64,000 nt of DNA. It comes from Octopus bimaculoides. Its lineage: Eukaryota. Made by a program: the position numbers and the translations under genes. The notes below the pieces were generated by a model. That model did not search any database, was not told the origin of the DNA, and saw only the letters and a list, made by a program, of their open reading frames with translations. The DNA is taken from positions 150,844,417 to 150,908,416 of the forward strand of contig NC_068982.1 of the NCBI RefSeq assembly GCF_001194135.2, given 5' to 3'. Below, piece after piece: positions 1 through 11,400 of this stretch. Positions within the stretch are counted from its first letter, which is position 1. Every line of letters starts with the position of its first letter.

Positions 1-842
1 ATTCACCTAAATTTTAACATCATTCTCTTCAAAATAGTCCTCTTGCACAGCAATACACCAGTCCCAGTGTATCTACCCCTTTTGGAATTTGGCCTGGAAG
101 TCGTTTTGCATAAGTGAGTTGAGGACCTTCTGTGATTCACTCTGGATCTTGACAATGGTGTTAAAATGGCAACCTTTGAGCTGCATCTTCATCTTGGGGA
201 AAAGATGGAAGTCTGCAGGTGCTAAATCTGGTGAATAGGGTGAGTGCAGAAGTGATACTATGTTTTTGGTGAGAAACTCACAATTGAGGAAAGCTTGGTG
301 ATGGGGTGCATTGTCATCATGAAGAATCCAATTCTTCACAGATGTTAGGATTGCCTACACAGACCCATGTAGCAGACCAACAACATCAGCAATGTCATTG
401 ATTGTCCTCCAATGGTCTTCATGCACAAGCTGATGAATTTTCTCCACATTTCTGGGGGCGATGCTCATGGCAGGTCGCCCAGATCACTCATAATCTTCCA
501 GGGGTGTTTTTCTGCTTTAGAAGCACCCATAGCACTTGAAATATTGTGTATGATTCATTGCCTCATTGCTATAAGCTTGCCAAAGCATGCTCAGTGTCTC
601 TGTAGCAGACTTCCCAAGTTTAATGCAAAATTCCACATTGGCTCTTTGTTCCAACTTCCTGTCCATGACAAAAATCACAGCCTACAGCATACAAATTTTA
701 CAGCTTGCAAAGTAAACACAGCAATGCCACATGGCATACTGCCTCATGAAGGTCACTGCTAGATCTCACTGTGCATGCAACCATGTGTTGCCTTCTGTTG
801 GTGCACTACAAAACTAGCTCAGGAACTTTTTGATACCACCAG
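1..842 (-). mobile_element. Mariner (DD34D) remnant, internally deleted, runs off the window start
   Basis: N-terminus EQRANVEFCIKLGKSATETL is joined to HDDNAP...PYSPDLAPADFHLFPKMK. TIR-like end TATACTGGTGGTATCAAAAAGTTCC with TA at 843-844. Confidence 0.85.
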
Positions 843-1771
843 TATATGGTCAGTTTACACTATTCACCTGCAACATTGGCTTCATATTCTGCCAGAAAAA
901 CATTTTGGCTTTACTCAATAAAGTCTGATTGCAGTTGAATCAAGGATAAAAGGAAAATTAGATCTGGTTATAGAGTTTTATAAGAAATTTTCTATCCTTG
1001 AAAATTGATAGTCTGCATGATTTACACACAAACACATATGCTGGCATGCGCATGTGCATGTGTGTTTACCCACTTATATTCATTTACTGTAGATTGAATC
1101 TTTACTCCCTTTATTAAACTTATCTTAATTTTGGTTATGCTAGTCATTACTTGTTCCACACACAATAACATCATCATTATAAGGAAATGTTACATTTAGA
1201 TGCTAAACTGTAATTATATTATAAATTATTTTTTGAAAATCCGCTATGGCATTCTTCAACCCAAAAGACATTTTACAAAACTGATATTGCTCATCTCTTT
1301 TGAAAAAAAATTGACTAGAATAGTATCAGCTCTACAATTTTTAAAAATACCCTTCAAAATTTGAGGAGTGGTCAAACCATAAATTGAGACTGTAGATGAA
1401 GTTCAATTGTATTTCATCTCCCCACCTTTGAGGAGAGGCACAAAACTTCATCCCAACATTTATCAATGGACGTTAATGATGACTATTTTAATACTTTTGC
1501 TTGTAGTATTGCATCATGTAAGCTTGAGATCATTATTTTCAAGTAATCTTTGTAGTGCATCATTCTGTTGGAATCAAATCATAAGGGTATCCTGTATGCC
1601 TTCTTCAGTGGCACATATCTCAGCTTAATATCACAAGGTATGAATAAAGTTTATGATAAAATCTCATACTTGCTATTTACAAATTGCCACAAAGTGGCTG
1701 GCAAAAGCTATATTTTCTGGTTTAATATAGAAAGACACAAGTTTATTAAAGCAATGAGGAAAGGTGTTATA

Positions 1772-1983
1772 CAGGGTGTCCACAAAGTCTGGGTACATGG
1801 AAATTAACACATACTTTAAGAAATTATTATTTCTTATATTTAATTGTTTATGTCATGATTTTATTTACTCCATATACTCAAATGGGGATTAACACATACT
1901 TTAAGAAATTATTATTTCTTATATTCAATTGTTTATGTTATCATTTTATTTACTCCATGTACCCAGACCTTGTGGACACCCTG
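1772..1983. mobile_element. Tc1/mariner-type MITE, 212 bp
   Basis: About 30-bp TIRs (CAGGGTGTCCACAAAGTCTGGGTACATGGA / TCCATGTACCCAGACCTTGTGGACACCCTG, 1 mismatch), TA on both sides, internal ~71-bp direct duplication. Confidence 0.9.
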
Positions 1984-3485
1984 TATAATACAACTACCTT
2001 TCTGATGCAATATACTCATGGAAATTTTCAGAAATATAGTTTAATTATAAGAGTTTCTTATCTTCTTTTGATATGGTGACCTTGATTTAAAAATTTTGAA
2101 AATGCAATACCAATATGACTGCTATTTTTTTTAACTATTTGGATCTGAAGGAAAGGGCAGTGCCTATGATCTTTGTAGATCTCCAAGATAGATGGGTTTG
2201 AGACTGTTAATGTTCTGCTAAAATATCTTATGTCAATATCTGCAAGAAAGACATGAATAGAGAAAAGAATCCAGAGGGCCATTGTTCCTGGGGTGGAGGG
2301 AATTTTTCTGAAAGATTACAAAAATTTCTGAACACAATTGAGTAGATAAGAAATACTTCCATAAGTTTTGTTCAGTGACGTCATTCTTTTTTATTTAACA
2401 TTGTACTGATAGTCATATGACATGCATATACACATGACAAAGTTCACATTTCACCACAGTTTGTAATGTTAGAAAGCTAATCTGATGTTTAAAAGGCGCC
2501 ATCAAATAATATTGTAGACACTAAATTTATTTTTTTCCAATTCATTATCAAATTAATCTAGATATTCTATTAGATACATTAAAACCAAATTAGATATTAA
2601 AACCAATTAATACTAAAGTTATTTTTAATTGGATTCCTCATGTAAAAATAAAAGAAAATGGTCTAAGTCATGTAATATTTGGCAGGGCACACAATATTTA
2701 ATTTGAGCAAAAATTTTGGAATAAAACAGGGTTCAGTTAAAATTATTTATTAATGTTAGTGCTATGAGTTGTATTATGAAGGGAAAAGAAAACTTTTAAG
2801 ATAACAATGAAAAAAAAAAGGCATGAATAATTTAACTACTCCCAATTGTCACCTGATTCACTATTTCCTTTAATTCTCACTATGTAATTGGGTCACAATG
2901 AAGAAGATAAAGCTGCAGTGTAAATACCTCCATAATTATTTCATTACTATTTTGAAGGGCCAGACAGGACAGCAGCAGTGATATAATATGAATGTTTTTT
3001 AGGAACAATAAATTTAGGAAGGAGGGTGTTGATAGTGGCAGACTAATTCATATTTCACATATTTTTTTCTTTTGTAAGTTAGTTTAATCCTTTTATGAAA
3101 GAGCTAAAATGTTAATTTGACAAAATGTGAGGCTTTATCTTGCTCACTTGTATGACAGTGATGCTTGTTTACAAGTGTCATGTGATGCCAAGATAAGGAG
3201 ACATGATCACAAACACATACACATATCATCAAGCTTCTTTCAGTTTCCATCTACCTATTTCAAACAAAAAGATATTCTCTAAACAAAAAATAATGTAACT
3301 TTATGTAACTTTAGAATAATTAAACAGCTGAACAAATTACATGAACCAATTTTTACAAAAATCTACCAGATGATTTGAAGTGTTTCTGTATACCGTAGAG
3401 AGAATTCTGTATAGTGTAGGTGAAGTTCTACATAATGGTAGGTATCATAGATGAAAAGATGCTGCTCATGTAATGTTCACTTTTC

Positions 3486-3878
3486 CATGATTTCATGGAT
3501 CAGGTAGAATTTGTTGAGGTAGATTTTCTATGGCTTTTCTGTTGCTAACCCTGAGCTGTTTCTAAGCAAGGTAATATTTCCCCATGGCTTGGAGCATAGA
3601 TATATCTTCATAGTAGACAGGAAATGAAGGACACTGCTTGTATGACAGTGATGCTTGTTTACAAGTGTCATGTGATGCCAAGATAAGGAGACATGATCAC
3701 AAACACATGCACATATCATCAAGCTTCTTTCAGTTTCCATCTACCTAGTACACCCATGGGGCTTTGGTCAGTCTGAGACTATAGCAGAAGACATTTGGCC
3801 AAGGTGCCACACAGTGGGACTGAACCTGAAACCTCATGGTTGTGAATTAGACTTTTTAACCACATTCATGCCTGCACC
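3486..3878 (-). mobile_element. tRNA-derived SINE
   Basis: A/B-box-like head (GCAGGCATGAATGTGGTT...GGTTCAGTCCC), shared core GGCACCTTGGCCAAATGTCTTC and RTE-like tail. Confidence 0.75.
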
Positions 3879-4309
3879 TTAATAAATTACAGAATAATCT
3901 GTGAGAGGGTAACCCCTAATTGCTTGTTTTTGTTTTTCAAACACTCATGAGGAGAAATTACTCAGTGAAGGCAAAATGGAATATAATCAACGTTATCAAG
4001 AGCGGATTGAAAACTTAGAGCACAAAAAATCTCATTATGTCTGTACTTCTATGTACAAAACCTTTTAATAATATAAATAACACTACGGTGGTAGACCTGG
4101 CATGCTGTCTAGTTTAACACTGTCAGCTGGATCAGACCATCAGTTCTCTCCTGACACTGATCTTCAGATGTTCCAGATAGACATCAGCCATATAAATTTT
4201 ATTAACATGCGGAGTTCTGTAAAAGTCGCTCTTAAATTATAAAATAACACCCTGTCTGATGCAATCAAGACAAAATAAGTGCCTATGTATAGTTAAAAAA
4301 TTAACTTAC

Positions 4310-4398
4310 TTGGGTATTAAAGATATATCTCTGTGCTTTGGTTTTAGGTTAGTTTTAAAACTGTTGTCATCCTTGGAGGGAAAGGAAGCATAGTCTAC
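4310..4398 (-). CDS. CCDC171: Probable CCDC171-like exon (89 nt, 0-2): [29 protein letters not shown]
   Basis: Strong acceptor tttcacattttccag|GTA, strong donor AA|gtaagt, open in the required phase. No clear recalled homology. Confidence 0.6.
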
Positions 4399-7300
4399 CT
4401 GGAAAATGTGAAACAATATTCATTAAAAGTAATTAGAATGTTGAGAAGACAAACAAGTCACCAACATTGCTTGTGTCCTCAGCTGTAGTCATCATTTTAT
4501 GATCTTGTAGTGAACACTTGAGTGAAATTTCTCTCTCCCCTTCATTATATATATGTGCATTTGAACATAGCAGGTAACAGCTAGCCTTTGACTGCTATTT
4601 GAACCCCGTTATGTCCACTACTCCGATTAGTTGGTATTGGCGCAATTTGTCTCCTACTCTGTCGAGCCAATCTGCAGTGTATAACCGATCGGAGCCTCTA
4701 AATAAAATCATGTGAGACAGCCTGTTCTCAACCCAGTTTTGAGTGTACAGCTCCTTATAAAAACCTAGTCTCTCCTCGTCTCTAGTCTTTGATTCCAGAC
4801 CTTTAAGGTCTAGCCACTGACCACACAAGACACAGCCAATTCCAGCAACAACACCACAGAGCCATGTTGAGACTTACCAACATCGTCCAATAGCATTATG
4901 GCAATCTCTTTCTTTGTTGCCACCATCATCTTCTTAATGTTGTCAACATCATCTCTCTACACAGCTCAACAAGCAATTCACGCAGGTTCCAATACTTCAT
5001 TGCTTGCAAATTACTTCACCATGGATCAACAGTGAATATATAACCTGCGAGGACTCCTGTACCAAGTGACCCAGGCAGCAGCATCGCAGTCACAACTTTG
5101 TACGACATGCGTCATGTATGACATACTGCAACTGGCTCAGCATCATGGCCACACCTTCTTGATACTGTATTTCAGCTACTGTGTACAATTGATTACAAAC
5201 TGGTACTCTAATTCTTATGTCTGAACATTCTTCTAACTTCTCATTATAGACTCTTTCACTGTCTACTTCACTGCTATTCTTATATGTACTTAACGCACAC
5301 ACATACAACCATGCCTGTACACACATACACTTTGTCCTCATGATGGCCTTAAAAATCATGCTAAACCTGAACTTGTCTGTGCTACTACCAAGTAAAACGC
5401 ACTGAGTCCACTCTGCAGAGTGGTTGGTATTAGGAAGGGCATCATCATCATCATCATCGTTTAACGTCCGCTTTCCATGCTAGCATGGGTCGGACGATTT
5501 GAGTGAGGACTGGTGCAACCGGATGGCTACACCAGGCTCCAATCTAATTTGGCAGAGTTTCTACAGCTGGATGCCCTTCCTAACGCCAACCACTCAGAGA
5601 GTGTAGTGGGTGCTTTTACGTGTCACCCGCACGAAAATGGCCATGCTCGAAATGGTGTCTTTTATGTGCCACCCGCACAAGAGCCAGTCCAGGGGCACTG
5701 GCAACGATCTCGCTCGAAAACCCTACAAGGCCAGTCAGGTGGTACTGGCAACGGTCACGCTCAGGATGGTACATCTTATGTGCCACCCGCACAAGAGCCA
5801 GTCCAGGGGCCCTGGCAACGATCTCACTTGGCTTGCCGGGTCTTCTCACGCACAGCACATTTCCAAAGGTCTCGGTTAGTAGTCATCCCCTCTGTGAGGC
5901 CCGATGTTCGAAGGTCTTGCCTCACCACCTCAGCCCAGGTCTTCCTGGGCCTACCTCTTCCACGGGTTCCCTCAACTGTTAGGGAGTGGTACTTTTTCAC
6001 GCAGCTATCCTCATTCATTCTCACCACATGTCCAAACCAGCGCAATCGTCTCTCTTGCACACCACTACTGATGCTTCTTATGTTCAGCNNNNNNNNNNNN
6101 NNNNNNNNNNNNNNNNNNNNNNNNNNNNNNNNNNNNNNNNNNNNNNNNNNNNNNNNNNNNNNNNNNNNNNNNNNNNNNNNNNNNNNNNNNNNNNNNNNNN
6201 NNNNNNNNNNNNNNNNNNNNNNNNNNNNNNNNNNNNNNNNNNNNNNNNNNNNNNNNNNNNNNNNNNNNNNNNNNNNNNNNNNNNNNNNNNNNNNNNNNNN
6301 NNNNNNNNNNNNNNNNNNNNNNNNNNNNNNNNNNNNNNNNNNNNNNNNNNNNNNNNNNNNNNNNNNNNNNNNNNNNNNNNNNNNNNNNNNNNNNNNNNNN
6401 NNNNNNNNNNNNNNNNNNNNNNNNNNNNNNNNNNNNNNNNNNNNNNNNNNNNNNNNNNNNNNNNNNNNNNNNNNNNNNNNNNNNNNNNNNNNNNNNNNNN
6501 NNNNNNNNNNNNNNNNNNNNNNNNNNNNNNNNNNNNNNNNNNNNNNNNNNNNNNNNNNNNNNNNNNNNNNNNNNNNNNNNNNNNNNNNNNNNNNNNNNNN
6601 NNNNNNNNNNNNNNNNNNNNNNNNNNNNNNNNNNNNNNNNNNNNNNNNNNNNNNNNNNNNNNNNNNNNNNNNNNNNNNNNNNNNNNNNNNNNNNNNNNNN
6701 NNNNNNNNNNNNNNNNNNNNNNNNNNNNNNNNNNNNNNNNNNNNNNNNNNNNNNNNNNNNNNNNNNNNNNNNNNNNNNNNNNNNNNNNNNNNNNNNNNNN
6801 NNNNNNNNNNNNNNNNNNNNNNNNNNNNNNNNNNNNNNNNNNNNNNNNNNNNNNNNNNNNNNNNNNNNNNNNNNNNNNNNNNNNNNNNNNNNNNNNNNNN
6901 NNNNNNNNNNNNNNNNNNNNNNNNNNNNACAGCTCTCACTAACCATTCTTCTATCCCAAGTTTCCTCATTGACCACCAGATAAGGGATCGGGGGACCCTG
7001 TCAAAGGCTTTCTCCATGTCAACGAAGGCCAGGTACAGAGGTTTATCCTTGGCTAGATATTTCTCCTGCAGCTGTCTCACTAGAAATATGGCATCAGTGG
7101 TGCTTTTACCTGGCACGAACCCAAACTGCATCTCATCTAAATTGATTTGCTCCCTAATTAGTTGGGCTATGACCCTCTCCGTAACTTTCATAACCTGATC
7201 TAACAGCTTGATGCCTCTGTAATTATTAGTATCTAAAACCCCCACGAAAATAGACACAATAGCCTGGGGTAGTCTTCTACCTGGCTGGTTCCTGTCAACC

Positions 7301-8391
7301 ATCCTACCCATGCATGCATGGAAGATGGACATTAAATGATGATGATGACGATGATAGATGCTTTCTTCAGAATATAGCTCTGGAAGCGTGAGATTAAAGG
7401 AAATAACATACCAAATATATGAGAGAGAGAGAGAGAGAAACTGACTTACCATTTCATCTCTTTTTTGATGAATAACATTAGAAAATTCAACTTTCAGTGT
7501 GTTAAGGTGTTCTCGCATGGAGCTCACTTCTTCTTCTAGAATAGCAACTTTACGGAAAGCTTGGAGCTGACAATCAACAAAGGACTTCACCAAATTCTTT
7601 AATAGAAAGAAATTCATAATATATAACAAACTAGCAAAATTATAATATTGTTATGATCATTATCTGTTTTTCAAAAGTTTCATGCTAGTTTCTATTTCAC
7701 CATTAAATGAACCTATATGTCTTGAGGCATAAGCAGAATTTTTTTTTTCTGTGAATGTAGGAGTTTGTATGTTATATCTGTATTGCTTTAGTTTCTGGAT
7801 GGGTAATGTCAGTGTGCACACATGACAGAGTGTAAATGATTTAAGAGGAAAACTAAGTATAAGAGGGATCAGATGTTGCGTGCAAGAGAGAAGACTGCAC
7901 TGGTTTGGTCATGTGATGAGTATGGATGAGGACGGCTGCATAAAGAAGTGCTGAGCTCTAATTGTGGAGGGAACCTGTGGAAGGGGTAGACTTAGGAAGA
8001 CGTGGGACAAAGTGGTGAGAAAGGATCTTCAGACGATGGGCCTCACTGAGGAAATGACAAGGGACAGGGAGTTGTGGTGATTTACTGTACTTGAAAAGAT
8101 ACATCAAGCTAAGTAAAACTGCTGTTATCCATACATACAGGGTCATCCTTTACAGGTGCTGGTGCCACATAAATGCACTCATGCCAGTACTGCATAAACA
8201 CACTCATGCCAGTGGCATGGTAAAAGCGCCAAGCACACTCTGTAAAGTGGTTGGCACAAGGAAGGGCATCCAGCCATAGAAACCATGCCAGAACAGACAA
8301 ATGGAGTCTTGACAACTCCCTGGCTGGCCAGCTCCTGTTAAACTGTCCAACCCATGCCAGCATGGAAAATGGACGTTAAATAATGATAATG

Positions 8392-8431
<40 letters not shown>

Positions 8432-11400
8432 GTAGCAGACTGAGTCTAAAAATATTGGTTGCCAGGAGACTAAGGGAGCCCACCCATAACTACAATGCTA
8501 TCATTTAATTATTCTTTTGTTAAAAGTATTCTTCTCAACTGTCTTCAAACAGCCAGACAGAAATAATTAATGCATTCTTCCAGGAATTAATAAAAAATTC
8601 TCCAACTGGGCCCCTTAGATATTAACTGGGCCCCTTAGATATTAACACGGGCTCCCATATATGGATGCTAATGGCACAGGGGCCCACTTGCCGTCGGGCA
8701 AGCTGGCAACTTGGCCTGTCTGCCACTGTGTATATATAAATTGTCAGTGGATCACATATCCGAAAAAGAAGCACACATTAAAAGTTAGAGCAGTAATGTA
8801 TTTACACGAAGTTAAATTTATGTCCAGCCATGACCAATGGTTTCACATCCATAAAGTGCTTAGCTTTATAGATGACTTGTCAGGCTCCACTGGCTGCAGG
8901 CATATCTCATAATCTCCATATGTCCACGGTCATTGGAGTCTGATGAATTGTTTATATATTGCCTATATATTGGAGCCTGGTGTGGCTTCCTGGCTTGCCA
9001 GTCTCCAGTCAAACCGTCCAACCCATGTCAGCATGGAAAACAGACATTAAACGATGATGATGATGATGCGTGGAGGTGTAGTTGTGTGATAAGAAGTTTG
9101 CTTCCCAACCACATGGTTCCAGGTTCAGCCCCATTGCATAGTATCTTGAGCAAGTGTTTTTTACTATGGCACCAAGTCAACCAAAGCCTTGTGAGTAGAT
9201 TTGGTATGTGTGTGTGTGTGTGTGTATGTTTGTGTCGCCTTGTTTTGACATTGCATGATAGTTGTAAAATGGTTGTCACTGTCATAAAAGCAGTATCATT
9301 CGTTTCCAATATTCTGCAAAAACATGTTTGGCCATAGGAAGTGTTATTTTGTATGGAAACAGGTGAGTATTGGTGACAGGAAGGACATCCAACCATAGAA
9401 AATCCTCCTCAATAATCTCCATCCAATCCAGAAAAGCACAGAGAAGTGGGTATTAAAATGGCGGTGATATATGCAAACCAATACATTGAAATTTATAAGT
9501 GAAATTTTATCATTGAAGTGTTAATGCTAAACAGAAAAAACTTACTTGACAAGCTATGAGTTCTGGTGCAGTTTTACCAATGACAGAAGGAATGTGTTCA
9601 GCTTTTAACAACAAAGGAAGGGATGAACAGGGATCACAGGTTTTGGAGAAGCTAATTTGTTCTTTCACCTGAAGAAATAAATATGATAAATAATGAGAAT
9701 GAATGTCATTAATTTACTGAGATCATATTACTAACAGTCTTATGATAAAACTTTAATCTTTAGTTAACTTTAATGTCTAAAAGGTTTTAAACAATTTCAT
9801 CTCGAGATTTATCTCACCCTACAATTTTTCTTTTTCACTGTTTATCATATAGTGAGAACCTGGCTGAGGTTCAAGCCAAAATTCTCAGATTTCCCGTGTC
9901 TAAAATCATGATCTAATATATTTCCCACGTAAAAGCACCCACTACACTCTCTGAGTGGTTGGCGTTAGGAAGGGCATCCAGCTGTAGAAACTCTGCCAAA
10001 TCAGATTGGAGCCTGGTGTAGCCATCTGGTTTCACCAGTCCTCAGTCAAATCGTCCAACCCATGCTAGCATGGAAAGCGGACGTTAAACGACGACGACGA
10101 CGACGACAAAAAGGTATTAATGCCTGTATGAATATGATTTGACCAATTGACATTAGCTGAGGCACTAAGGCAGAACTGCATAGAAAGCATGCAAGATTTC
10201 ATATAAAACAAATTCAAGAATCTCCTGAGTGAACAGTTATTTAAAGGTGAGTTATTTCAACTTAAATTTGCACAAGTCGGTCGGTTTTCTTGTGTGGTAG
10301 TCTCTCATCTTGCTTATCTTTCTCTCCTATTCACAGGCTTTAAGTAGTAGTGTCAATCAAAGAATGCTCATTATATGCTATGATTCATATGCCCTGTACT
10401 ATTTACACAATATTTATTAAATGCATGTAAGTAAATACAGTGCCGTGGTAAGTAAAATATGTGGCATTTCAAATGAATCTTAGTGTGGTTATTGTCAACA
10501 CATGCAATCTAACAGCCTACCTGACATGAGAATACCTAGAAAAAAAGATAAGACTAACATCCACACTAAAATCCCTTCCCTCAATACACAAAAATCTGTA
10601 CATTCCCAGTAGACTACTGCCAAGAACCAAAATATTAGACATAAATTACATTGGAGGAGTTATTAATATGAGCAAGCACAAATGAAATACTATGAATCGA
10701 TGAAATGATTTAATGTAAGAAGTCAATGAATTTTGTTGTTAAGGAAAAATATTTTTGCGTTGAAGGTGAACCAATAATAAAACTATAGATGTATTTAAAC
10801 AGAAACAAAATATGTTTGGAGAACTACAAGGGTTGGTTGAAAAGTTCATAGGCTGACCAAGATACTCTCATGGAATATGACTAACTGAGGTTTATTTTTC
10901 AACATAATCTCCCATGTGGTCCACATACTTCGTTTATTGGTGTTGTTGTGCTTAGAAGAGACTTTCATCCTATTGGTCAAAAAATCATCAACAGCAGATA
11001 TGACATCCTCATCACTGCAATGCTGATTCTCAACCAAGTACTTTTTCATGTTGGGGAACAGTTGATAGTCAGATGGAGCCAAATCAAGAGAATAGGGAGG
11101 GTGATCAACCAGTTCAAAGACACAGTTATGCACAGCAGCTATTGAAACCAAGGATTTGTGTGTTGGAGCATTGTTCAGATGAAACAAGAACTCTTTTTGT
11201 CAGTTTTCCTGGGTGTTTGGTCTTGATAGTCTTTTGTAACTGCCTCAGCAAATTGGCATAGTACTCTCCATTGATGGTGTAGCCCTTTGAAGATAGTCAA
11301 TAAACACAAAGCCTTCTGCATCCCAGAAAACTGATGCCATTACATTCCCTGTAGATGAAATGACCTTGACCTTATTTGGAACATGTGAGGAGGGGATCTT

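Noticed and set aside
5610-5830. Repeat-spacer appearance suggesting a CRISPR array
   Set aside because: The units are degenerate modules without unique spacers, sit in a LINE 3'UTR in eukaryotic DNA and have no cas genes nearby.
5513-7629. Long ORFs of 303-601 aa in the ORF track
   Set aside because: They span the 840-N gap. The 601-aa ORF is a chance fusion of a host exon, intron and RTE RT, and frame continuity across Ns is not evidence.
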